Source: a virus (lineage: Duplodnaviria; Caudoviricetes). From it: DNA of 55,311 nucleotides. Positions 20,001-30,900 of this stretch are shown here, piece after piece; positions within the stretch are counted from its first letter, which is position 1; each line of letters begins with the position of its first letter. The translations under genes were made by a program, and so were the position numbers. The stretch covers positions 1-55,311 of the IMG/VR virus record IMGVR_UViG_3300044846_001238. One strand, written 5' to 3'. The notes below the pieces were generated by a model. That model was not told the origin of the DNA. It saw nothing but the letters and a program-made list of their open reading frames with translations, and made no database searches.

Positions 20001-21639
20001 GAGTCATTTTGCGCTCAGGCTTGCTACCCTTTGCTGGGGCAGCTGGAGCAGCTACAACTGGACTAGCCCATTCAGAGCCAGGCTCTTGCTCGTTAGTGCT
20101 CTCAAGACCTTTTCTCCACTTACGCAATAGCGGGTGGTTGTAAGCTTCTTCTTCTTTTTTTGGCTCTTCTTTTGGCTCTTCTTTTACGTCTCCAGCACTT
20201 TGAAGCCCTTTATCTAGACCAGCTGCTCTTTGAGACTGTACCCACCCAGACCAGTTAAATAGGACATCGTGTAAATCATCCTTAGTCATGGATGGCAAAG
20301 TTTTAGGCATTTGCGCATGAGGCTGGTTAATAGGGGTTCTAGGCTCGCCTAAGATTCCAGAAACATCTAGTGGACGTTCAAAGTCGGTAGCCGGGAGCTT
20401 GTTTACGGTGTCTTCAGGTTGAGTGGACTTTGCTGGGACAACCGATACGTTGCCTTGATCATCAGTAACCTCTACTGTACCGTCGTTGTTGGCTTTGGTG
20501 ATAGTTCCAACTTTTGAAGCATTGCCGTCAATAGCAACTCTTTGACCAGTTTGAGCAAATCGACCTAAAGCATTTCTCATCTGGCTGGTGGCATTTTGCG
20601 AACGTTCTTCAGGACTATAGATATTGTCGTCTGGGTTAATACCAGCGGCGGTCATCGTGTAGTCAACAATGTCCCAATCCATTTCGGAAGCAGCTAGGGC
20701 AACTAGTGCAGCTTCTTCCTCGTCAATCTCCATTATCGAAATTCTCTTAAAAGGCTCTTGGTGGTGTTTAGCAGCGACCACAATAGCCGACTCAGGGTCA
20801 ATAGGGATGTGAGTTTTTTCTACGGTGTCGTAAGGGTCGTCTAGGGCCTTGTCATAAGTCCAGATGTCACCATCAGAGTGACCTAGGGAGTCCCAGCAGC
20901 CATCGTCCCAAACATATACGCTGCCATCTAAATCAATCTTGTATAGGCGGTCAATACCGGACCCATCTAGCCTAACGCGAACCATAAACTCTGGAGCATT
21001 CATCGGGTCTAGATACATAGCCTTATTGAAAGACTCTAGTTCTGGACCAGCAATACCGCTAGCAGTTTTAGCCTTCTTGTTTTCACGTTCTACAATAGCT
21101 GCGGCCCAACGCCAAGCGACGTCACCGCCCCACAAGGCCCACGCGATTCGTCCGTTGCTCGGGAAGTTGTCTTGACCTGGAGACCAACCTTTACCCTGTT
21201 TGTCAACTTCATGACGAGGGAAGTATTTGGCAATGTGGCGGACTTTTCTAATCCCAATTTGTCCACCGCGAGCAAGGGTACGAGCAGTGTTTAAACCTAC
21301 AGGGGTGCCACCACGCTTGTGTTCTTTACGCCATTCCAAAGCTTTTTTAGCTTCGGCTTGAGCTCCCTTAGGGATAGTGTACATTCTGTCTCCGCCAGCG
21401 GTTAAAACAGAGATATTTAGGTCTGTTAGGGCGGATTCAGCTAGCTCTATAGTTACTAGAGGGATGTCTTCTAGTAAGTCTGTGTTCCAATCAGCCATGG
21501 CATAGATATCTGAATATGTACCAGAATCAACCACCATATTGGTTTTAGTGTCAATGACCACGGCACTGTTGTCCAAGCTAAAAAGTGCCAAAGATTCAGA
21601 AGTCCCTACAATGGACAACATTTTTTCTGAATCGTTCAT
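17020..21639 (-). CDS. Multidomain prohead (capsid maturation) protease-like protein
   Basis: Directly upstream of the capsid gene. PENVESGDGRKF..RDLPLPLLWQ..GHDGSVVVGKI..RGISADMD fits an HK97/assemblin-type His/Ser protease. A second region reads GRVYGHIAAW..GGHA..SGDWR..VNVPGFP. Accessory domains include AWALWGGD, LRRYW..RWGTGGDWTRC and ALPDGSYPIRN. Confidence 0.75.
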   Translation of the reverse strand: MNDSEKMLSIVGTSESLALFSLDNSAVVIDTKTNMVVDSGTYSDIYAMADWNTDLLEDIPLVTIELAESALTDLNISVLTAGGDRMYTIPKGAQAEAKKALEWRKEHKRGGTPVGLNTARTLARGGQIGIRKVRHIAKYFPRHEVDKQGKGWSPGQDNFPSNGRIAWALWGGDVAWRWAAAIVERENKKAKTASGIAGPELESFNKAMYLDPMNAPEFMVRVRLDGSGIDRLYKIDLDGSVYVWDDGCWDSLGHSDGDIWTYDKALDDPYDTVEKTHIPIDPESAIVVAAKHHQEPFKRISIMEIDEEEAALVALAASEMDWDIVDYTMTAAGINPDDNIYSPEERSQNATSQMRNALGRFAQTGQRVAIDGNASKVGTITKANNDGTVEVTDDQGNVSVVPAKSTQPEDTVNKLPATDFERPLDVSGILGEPRTPINQPHAQMPKTLPSMTKDDLHDVLFNWSGWVQSQRAAGLDKGLQSAGDVKEEPKEEPKKEEEAYNHPLLRKWRKGLESTNEQEPGSEWASPVVAAPAAPAKGSKPERKMTPETSDVQPLYMAIVAEDDPRAVLDLVAIVPASSTSTEPMTYKRENNKWTRDDSILKDFKSATPPPVIPLTSEILNDVLLQVDKSTTTASGVFSADQLLMVLWGPKQEIIDTYSPEFIENLDKNMTFDENFKAVFAMAAAGGLDKNRGNAEKLRRYWTVGKGAAKVRWGTGGDWTRCVRQLTKYMGPRSKGYCALRHKEMTGVWTGDKRNRQLYGRKKGKPSLFSTEYITSTSQVLIAATMTARTEDAKQRVSMTASANDGMGAKFYIPLLIPENVESGDGRKFKKGSIQMRDLPLPLLWQIKTANGHDGSVVVGKIERLERTDRGLGNAYGVLDSGPYAQEVERLIKNGFIRGISADMDQFEATEEQEDFSDSENMEAGKKGNKKDKEISKSKISINKARVMAATIVPKPAFQECFISLIDENPLPYKEDTVIPDGIYVDDADVADAQALVACGIVAGAIPVTPPAEWFNNPKLKQATPLTVDDMGRVYGHIAAWNVDHIGMSYGTKPPRSRSNYSYFHTGVVRTDAGTDVPVGQLTLAGGHASLEASAMDAVKHYDDTGSAIADVHAGEDAYGIWVSGALRPSASPEQIRALRASAPSGDWRPIRGGLELVAVCQVNVPGFPIARARVASGAVMALVAAGAATLAKMKADPIAEMSARIEKLEKFATPKEELQARVASLKSKVDEAKTEFAYISRDDREKLAKKGHALPDGSYPIRNVDDLKNAIQAYGRSKKSDRADVRKHIMKRAHQLNFRHLIPDSFKTASSDAVTASAEKLRSKLEAIKEATFAVEDEVKEIIEEAPNLVEDVVIEELDTPKDESEDRAKFIPGKNQPRDVQGRFRQVLARLKDDLGVAGLQDVVDEVKKVENITGLGNYEEAAQAGQDLLSLLNRLDEGSLNNVSLENVRKTAAELGKVISNLPLPFTNQAQKVRFSDLPPALRNLMETMVERVEKKLGKKDADIATRELKGFMSGSDLYSQSDISSQMARMLRLLT
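18706..18720 (-). promoter_or_regulatory. Internal RBS plus in-frame GTG (possible nested 562-aa product)
   Basis: AAGGAGG-ATACC-GTG; the GTG at 18708 is codon 978 of the 1539-aa ORF. Confidence 0.5.
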
Positions 21640-21694
21640 CTTAGATTTTCCTCCGAGGGAATGCGAAAATATGGGTTATTATTTAACAACTTAG

Positions 21695-21901
21695 TTATAT
21701 TTTATCAGTATTGTCTTCAGGGCTATTTTGAGCAATACGAGCTCTTAGCTCATATAAAGCGGCTTTCTGACCAGAGCTGGCATACATAATCAGCTCATCT
21801 TCAGATAGGGTTTTTGGATCTAAAACAACCTCTTTAGACCCACCTTCATAATCTACGATATATCGTATTTTAGTTGGTATTTCTTTATTATTTAATATCA
21901 C
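21695..21901 (-). CDS. Small hypothetical protein, paralog family downstream of the giant genes
   Basis: AGGAG RBS. KTLSEDELIMYASSGQKAALYELRARI matches 39810..40064. Confidence 0.8.
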   Translation of the reverse strand: MILNNKEIPTKIRYIVDYEGGSKEVVLDPKTLSEDELIMYASSGQKAALYELRARIAQNSPEDNTDKI

Positions 21902-21912
21902 GATTTCTCCTA

Positions 21913-24900
21913 CTATTCCGAGTTTCTTACGTTTATTCTATTTTTTATTTCATCTACTAGGGCCTCGTCCATAAATACTCTATCGGAGTACCCTAGTTGG
22001 CTCAGTACAGGCTGTAAGACCAGCCCAGCGTATGATTCAGCAAAATACTCAGACAAGCTGGATAAAGCATAACCATCTAGCATTTCTTTAGCTCTGTTTT
22101 GCATACCAGACTTGATAAGATTTTCAAGAACTACAGAGAGTCTTTCTCCATTTTCAGAGAACGCGTTATCTAGTAAGTGGCCATACTCATGGGCAAGGAC
22201 ATAGGTGAGCTTGTCTTCTTCGCTAACTCTATCTCTTACATTTTTAAATGCCAATTTGTAAACCTGATTTATGTCTAAATCTATTTGATCTTGGTCAGGA
22301 GAGAACATGCCAGCAGCTTTTTTCATTATATAAGATAGATCTTTTAGGTGAATATCCATAGCACCGCCACCAATAAAGTACCCGCTATCTAAAATACGTT
22401 TGTGAGCGGCTGTAGCCCTTAAAATGTCCGCGTCTGAAGCATTTTTATTGGAGAAAAGACCATCCTCTAAATGACGCTTAATAGTGGTGCCAGTCTCAGC
22501 GTGCTCGTAAATGTCAGCTTTACCGTGAGCCACAATCAGTGAAACAAGAAGTTTCTGCTCTGAGTGCAGATTTTCAACTTTTTCAGACATAATAGCATTT
22601 AGATTTTGCTTAAAGCTTTCCTCTTCTCCGTAACCAAACTGAGAGAAGAAGTAGTCAGACAAGTCTCTAGTTCCCCAGTCTGAAGGTAAGTTAGGGATTG
22701 GCTTTGCTCTGTGCTCTAAGATTTTTTTAGCTGTTTTTACATCGGCTTTTGTAACATTTTTAAATAGAATTTTATCTGTGGAGCCGACTTTTTTGTCTAC
22801 AGTAGGGCCTTCAGGCGCTTTTGCAGCATCTGCCTCAGCTTTTAAGCTTTCCTGAGTAATTTTTACTAAGTTTTCATAGTATCGCTCGTTATCTTCATCC
22901 ACTAGGAAATCCTTGTAGTCGAGCTTTCTAGTTAAGAAAAGACCATTTTTAGAAGTTAGACGACTCAAAGCCACGTACAGTTGACCAGCAGCAAATGCCT
23001 TGCCATCGGTTCCATCAGCGTTTTGTAGATCTACAATAGCTCTTTCTATAGACAGACCCTGAGATTTGTGGATAGTCATTGCATACGCAGGCAGCATAGG
23101 TATTTGAGTATATTCAGCCAAAACTCCAATACCGCTCTTTTCTACAACCTTACCGGTAAGTTCGTCTATTTGTGTATAGCCTTCTGCGCCTTTAGCCGTA
23201 GACTTACCGTAACCAACCTTAACTCTATTTTTTGTACCGTCTTCTGAAACTATTTCAACAATCGGTAGACCATCGTCTTCGTCAAAATCAACTACAGTAC
23301 CTTGCGTACCATTAGTCCAGCGGTTTGTTTTTCCAGCAAAACCTGCTTCTCTTCTCAAATCTGCATTGTCATTAAGAACAAATATTACTTTTTCACCAAC
23401 GTAATAGGTAATTTTTTCAGGCACGTGTAGATTATCCTCTGTGAATGCAGACTTACCTTCTCCTGTAAATGTGCCTTCAAACTCTATCCCCAGAGCACCA
23501 GATTGCTGAAGTTTTCTAACTTCTACTTCATTAATTGATCGAGCTCTTTCGTTAGTTAGAACTAGACGAATAATTCCTCTATCCAAAATTTCTTTAGGAA
23601 CTTCAACATTTGATTCATTGAAGTACGCTAGTTCGCTCGCAGTTACTTGGGCTTTAGGAATTTTTTGAAGAGCTTCAGCATATGGTTTATCTTTTTCTTG
23701 ACGTCTGTTTTTTGTCAACATGTAGGCTAGAGGATTAGACACTCCAAGAACGTTAGATTTATACCATCTGTAGCCGCCATATTCTGACAGCATATAGTTG
23801 TGCTTATCTCTATCAAATTTAGAAGCCTTGATACGTGCTAACTTTTTATTTTCGGTCTCTTGTTGGTTTTTATCAGCAAAGCTAAGATCGTCTATTTCCT
23901 TCAAATCAGCTTCAAGTTTAGCCTGCTTATTTGGAGACCAAGCTTCCACCGGAGGCAGCTGATTGTCATCTCCAAATGCTACTACTTTTACTCCACCAAA
24001 AGGCTTTTGGTTGTTTCTAGCAACCCTAAGAGATAAATCTATAAGCTCCATAGTATTAGCGTCTACCATTGAAATTTCATCGATTGTAAGGATATCTGCG
24101 TCTCTAAAAAGTCTAAGTCTCTTTGTATCTCTTCTCAACTCTCTAATGAAAAAATCTAAGGTAGAAATTTGTTGGCCAGGATTTTCTGGATCTTCTTGAG
24201 TAAACCCCTCAGCCACAATTACGTTAGGATTTATTCGGAAAACTGAGTGAATAGTGGCACTTTTTCCCTCTCCAACATTGTGAGCAGCTACTCCTGTAGA
24301 TGCTACAGAAATAATATTTTTTCTAGGTTCTAGCTCAAATATCAATCTCCTAAGAACGGTTGACTTACCTGTACCAGCACCTCCAGTTATTAGCAGTAGA
24401 GATCCTGGAAGTAGTCCTGTATCTATAAAGCTAATTAAGTCTCTAGTTTCTTCATCGTCATCAATGATTTCAGTTTGTTCGCCGTACGGGCTACCGTCTA
24501 AGTTAGAATTAGGAGTGTAGTTTTCTAGTTTATCCTTAGTTTCTTGCTTCAGTCCCTGAGGCACATTAATTCCAGAAATTGGTTCATTGTTTTCTATACG
24601 CTTCTGAAGTCTTTTTGCCCTAAGAATTTCTAGATAGTCAGAAGCTGTTCCAGCTGTAGCCATTGCCAGTGAATTTAAAATTATGTCTCTTTCTTCATCT
24701 GAAATGTAAGAGTTGTTGTAGCCGCTAATCTCGCTCAAAATATCGATAATTTCACGTACTTCTTCTATTGAAGGTTTACTAATAGGGTTCTGGCTGTCTG
24801 GTATAGGAGTAGGCCCATTTACTTTTCTATCTACGCTAGGAACGCCATTTCGGTTTTTATTTTCCTCATACAACTGACGGAAAGACATCCTGCCCTTAAC

Positions 24901-27900
24901 TATTGGACGTTCAGCAGGAGGCGGAGTAGCCGGGGCGGCCGGAGTCGCAGGTCTAGCTGGAGTGACTGGAGTGGTGGTAGCTGGAGCAGAGTCGGTTGAT
25001 TCTGGAGCAGGACCTAGTTGCGCTCTTACATTCTTAGTTAGAACCATTTTTTTAAGTTTGCCAGAATCTTCTAATATACTTCTTCTTCTCTGGCTAAGTT
25101 TTAGTAGGCTCTTGTACATATCTTCAATACCAGAATTAGTTTGGAATTTACCATCAACAGCAGTAGACATTGAAGTATAGAATTCTGTACTCAAAAAACC
25201 TTTGCTATACAAAGAGTTTAGCAGGAGTGTTATTTTATCAACTGTACTAGGATTCGGCTTCATATCGTTTGAAAGGTAGGCTGGCTCTGAACCAATAGTT
25301 TCTCTTTGGTGTTGAATAGGCACTAAATCTGTTACAGGGACTTCGTAGAAGTCGTAGGATTTATTGCCATCCTTGTCAATATTGGTCAACACTGCAAGCT
25401 CTACTACACCAGGAGATATAAATTTACTGATACGCCCCTTTTTACCACCCTTAGTCCAAACAAAGAACATAGATTCTGCAACAATAAAGGACTGTCCTCC
25501 AGATTTAACAAAAGATTCAGTAACATCTTCTAGGTCCTCGATAGACCTTAGCTCGGCTTCATACTGTCTTAGATCGTTGTATGGATCCTCATCATTTATC
25601 GATATGCTACCGCTAGTTAGATATATTTTACCGGAGGCGTCAAAATTAAATCTTCCGTCAATAAGCTGCGTTTCTCTCACGGCGTCCATGTCTGGGTCGT
25701 CGGCTATGCCAGCAAAACGTACTACAATAACTTTTCCTGTAGGAGTTCCGTCTTTTTCTTGATACTCATCTAGCACTTGGTAAATCTGACCAGTAACACT
25801 GTCTTTAACCAGTCTACCCATAAGTTTAGAGATTTCATCCATGTCAGGAGAAAGTCCTTCAACGCCAGACTTTAGAACAACTCTATCGCGTAGAGGGTCT
25901 ACAATAGGGGCGTCTTCTAGTCTAGTAACCAAGTCATCATTGTTAAACACAAAATAAGGGTTGACGTGCATTGGCCACTCTTTAGAGCTGAATGGAACGT
26001 TTGACCGTGACCACTCCTTACCCACTACCTTTGGAGATAGGTATTCGCTTGATTCAAACTCACCAGTTATTACTCTGGTCGGGATGTGAGTCAACCCTAT
26101 ACGCTTCGCTGCTTCAACGTGGTGGTTGCCGTCGGCTACAACAGACTGTCCAGTTTTTGGATTATAGTAAACAACAACAGGATCAGAGAATCCCTTATTG
26201 GCGTTGATTTTTTCAATAAGTTCTTGAACTCTATCTTCGTTAACTTCATTACCAGCAATCGAGCTTAAAGTTTCAACTGATACAGCACCAACTACGCTAT
26301 TGTTTGGACCAAGACCTCCGCCAGTAGATGAAGAGTAGTCCTTTGATCCATTAAATACAGGGTTATTTAGGTACTCAGAGGCAACCTGAGCAATCAGGTC
26401 TTCTTCTATAGAGTCTCTGTTGTCAGGGTTAAAGTTTATTCTAGTTCGCTCTCCAAAACTTTGAGATGTCTGTCCAGCTAAAAGGGCGGGGTCTGCTATA
26501 GGGCTTACGTTAGACGGGTTTAAGCCGCTTTCAGAGTTAGTAAACGCAGGGAGCCCTAGGTGGTTTTTCGGGTTCTGATCTACTGAACGTGCCCATGCAT
26601 CTTCTTGAACAGTCTGCTCAGTACCAAAACGTAAATACTTAGTGCTATTCTGCTTAGCAAACGCCAGCATAGCTGTAGCAAGGCCTCTACGACGGTAAGC
26701 ACCGTCAACTTTAGTACCTTGGATTTCAAGTTCTCCGCGATCTAAAGTTCCACCCGCTATGTGGTTTCTAATCTTTAATTGACCAGCTGAATTCTTGATC
26801 AGGTCATTTAGAGTAGAGTCAAAGCCGACAAAGTCACCTAAAGTTTGGTTTGGCTTAGATACAAAGACATAAGCTGATTCTGAAACATCGTCAGCAGGAT
26901 TTGACGGCTCGCTAGAAACATATGCAATTTGGTAAGTATTTCCAGACGCATCCGTGTAGGAACCAACCACAAAATTGTTGTTAAACTTTGAATCACTAGA
27001 AGCGTATCTTAGTGGTACGAACGGCTTATCAGTCTGCCATCTACGGAAAGACCCTGGCTCGGTTGAGGTAACAATGCTGTCGAAAATAGTGTCTACAGTT
27101 TGACGAGGATTGTTTTTAGGGTAAGAGAAGAACTTAGCGTTGTATAGGTCATTTACAGTGGACGCGTAGGCAGCGTATCTGTAGAAGTTTTCTGATGAAG
27201 GGTTTTTAAGATACCTAGCTTTAGTTCCTTCAGCTAAGGTATAAGCCATGAATAGGACTTCATCGAAATCTGCATCTACTGGAAGTCCATAAGGATCTAA
27301 GCCATTAGAGTAGAATGCTGACCTACGACCATAAGTGTAAAGATCTGAATTAGCATCACGACTCTTCGCAGCCCTAGGGAATCTAGGAGAAGGAGATTCC
27401 ATCTTATCGACGCTAGCTAGGTCGCTTCCAGTCTTGTCGGTCTTAAGCATAGGGCTTAGTGTGGTGACTAGAGGGTCTAGGTATTGTAGGAATCTCTTGA
27501 TTTCTGGGTGGCCATCGGTTGTCTGACCATTGCGCATAAGTAGGTAGCCAGCTCTTACAAACTCAGCGAAACTCTCTTTAATGCTTTCATTACCGTACAC
27601 GCTAACAGGGTGTTTATCATCACTACTGTATAGAGGGAACTTGGACTCAAACTCTTTAAATCTCTCGTCATGCTTACCCTTGCCATTTATATCTTGACCC
27701 AAGAAAACCTTAGCTAGTCCGTGGCCCAAGTACTCGTGGATTAAAGTATTTAATATACCTTTTTCTGGAATAGGTTTTTTAAAGTTATTTCTAGGGTTTT
27801 CTTCGTGCTTAGCGGTAGTGTTTAAGACTATGTGCATTTGAGTCTTGCTTTGGTTTAGTACGTTAAAACCTTCATACTTGTCGTTTAAAAATTCACCAGC

Positions 27901-30900
27901 CATGGTAAAAGTGTTACTTTCAGCGAGAGTAACAATAACAGGCATACCACCCATGTCATTAAATCTATTTAGCTCTTTTAGCTCATTAACGATGCTTGAA
28001 AGAATTTCTGGCGTAACCGACCCATCTTTAGTTCTAATGTGGATGTTAGTTTCCGGTACTTCAAATACCCTGTATGTACGGCTATCTTTCCTTTGAGCCT
28101 CGATTATTGGATCAAGTCTGTTTCTAACTTGAGCCAGAACAAGAGCTTGCTGCTCTGAGCTAAGGTTTGCAAAGTCTTCCTCACTTACACCAGCAACAGA
28201 AGAATATCTTGCAGCCACTTTATCGTCAGATAGGTTTGGAAGATAGCCAGCAGATTCATCTGTTTCTCTTAACCAAGCGCCCCAAGTGCCGTTGTTTGCA
28301 TTAGTAGCATTTTCAAACTGCTTAAGCTCTTCTTCTGTTTTTTCAATCAAGTCTGGAATTTCTTGATTGCCAACCTTAGCAACGATTCTTCTAGGCTGTA
28401 TGCCACCTTCTCCAAAGAAAGGACCCTTTTTATCTAGTCTTAGCGGATCGATTCGTCCGTCTTCTTTGGCTTTTTCGATAAAGTTTTTAAAGTCTTGTGA
28501 CGCAGGTTTAGTATCAGTAAGAATGCTGTAGCCCAAGTCTGCCATATGCTCAGCAAAGTTTTCTGACATATTTTCTTCGGCATATAGTGTTAACTCAGAA
28601 TTTTTAAATTCTTCGATAAAGTCTTTTCTAGCTTGGCCGCCTAAAGCTACTTCGTCATACACGTGACCGTACTCGTGAGCAAGAGTAAATACAGCGTCAT
28701 CGATAGTGCCTTCAACACCTTGTCTAGGATCTTTCCCTGTTCTACCGATAGTTGATGAAGAAATACCTATGTGTGCTAGTTTATCTGTAACTACAGCGGC
28801 ACCAACAATAGTACCCTGATTCAAAAGTTCGAGTTGCTCTGGAGAGTAGATACTTACTCTAAGCTCTCTACCATCTAATGGAAGCTCTTTTTGTAGTTTC
28901 ACTGCAGCACGTAAAAGACCCGGAGCTTTTAGAGTCTCATCAGCTGAGTAAGTTAAACTAACGTTACCCTCTCTAATAGTTTTTGTTTTACCACGCTTTT
29001 TAAGACTCTGACTCCACGCGTAGTATAGGTCTCTTTCTCTACTACGAATTGCAGCTATCTTAGGGTCATTAGATAGTATGAACTCATAGCTTTCTTTAAC
29101 GCTTGGGATAAGTCCACGATCTACTAAATAGGTTCTAAATCCCCTATCTTTTTCGATGTCACTAAAACTCTTACGATTTCTTATGTGATCGTTGAAGTAC
29201 TCGTTTACTTTTTTTAGCTCTTCAAAGTAGTTCGGCTCGCCTTTTAACTTTTCTAGTTTATTAGACATGATTCTTGCTTTAGTCTTAGATACTCCATAAT
29301 GCACCATAAGGTCGTACATGTCGGTTTTAGAAGTTAGAATGTTGATTAAATCATCGGTGTCTTTTTCAGTAGTTACTGGGTTACCAGATTCTAAAATTTG
29401 AATTGGTTCGCCTGCTTCAGAAAGTTTTTGAAGCTCGTTGATGTTGTCAAGTAGCTCACGAATTCTAGCTCTTTCTTCTGGAAGATAGTCAGACAAATCA
29501 ACAGAAAGTCGGTCAGAAGGTAGCTGTTCTGGTACCACTGTAGTTGGAGGTGGCGTTGGGGTAGGGGTTACGGCCGGAGGCTGGTCTCCAGGTTCTTCGG
29601 CAGCTGGAGTAGCAGCTTGCCCTGGCTGCTCATCGGAGTCGTTTATTGCAACTTCTGAAGGTTTTTCTTCTTCGTAAACTGCAACTAGAGCATTTAGTTT
29701 TACAGTTAGGGTTTCAGAAGAGCCATCTTCATAATCTACAGAAAGTTTTACAAACCCTGCATTTTTTCTGTCTATAGATTTAATAATTCCATAAACGTCT
29801 GAGTCTTTAGCTCTGATTCTGTCGCCAATTGATAAGTCTTTAGCTCTCTTACTTACTTCAAACTCTCTAAGTCCGCCATTCTGAGGCTCCCCGTTTGGAA
29901 CGGTGTTTGAAGATCTAGCAGGTACAAACGTTGCCTTAGATTTTTCTAGAGCCTTTTTGATGTCAGGGTCTTTTCCAGAACGAGCATCGCTCAAAATACT
30001 TGCAATATACTCTTCAGCTTGACCTCTAGTCATGTTTTGGACTGGAGCAATGATTTCTTTAATTTTTTCTTCTGGAACTTCAAGTTTTCTTAGGTCAGGA
30101 GCGAAACCTTCAGGCTTGTATCCAGGGTTAGTTTTAGGGTTTAAGCTCTTTTGCTTGTCTGTAGCAGGAGTGGCAGATCCGATTGCCTTGAGATAAGAAA
30201 TTAGGTCTTTATCTGCTTGCTGCGCAATCTTATCAAAATCTAGGAACCTGTGCCCAAGAGCATTTGTAGATTCTTTTTCTGGGTTTTTGATTAGCCAATC
30301 TAGAATATTGTTTAGAATTCTAGATGCATCGTAAGCATCTGCGTCAGCTCGGTGCCAACCAGTCGGCTCTAGGCCAAAGAATTTCAAAACATCTTCTAGT
30401 TTTGCGCTAGCTCTAAAGTGAGCAGGGTTGTTAGGGTCAACATCTTCGGACTTCATTCCGTCTTTTTGACGCTTAGGTGCGTCTAACTCTACTGGCTTGC
30501 CCTTACTATCGTCTGCATTATATTTAGGTAGGGCGGTGTTGACAAAGTCTAGAGTGTCAATAGCACCAAGAACATCTAGAGATAGGCCGTTACGGTCTAA
30601 GGCTTCTTCAAGAACGCTAATGTCAAAGTTTGCATTGTGGGCAAGAAGAATGGCATCCGCGCCTATAAATTTAATAAACTCTTCTAGAACTTCTTTTTCG
30701 CTCTTTTGCTGGTCAAGCCACTCTTTGTCAATCTTTACAAACTCGCCGGTAGGGTTGCCGTTTTCGTCTAATACTGGACGCTCTAGATTCTTTGCTGACC
30801 ACTCACTCATCACCACGCCATCTTCTTGACGAATAAACTGATTAAAGAATATTTGCTCCCCGTTAGCGCCTTTCTTAGATGCACCAAGCTGGACAATTCT

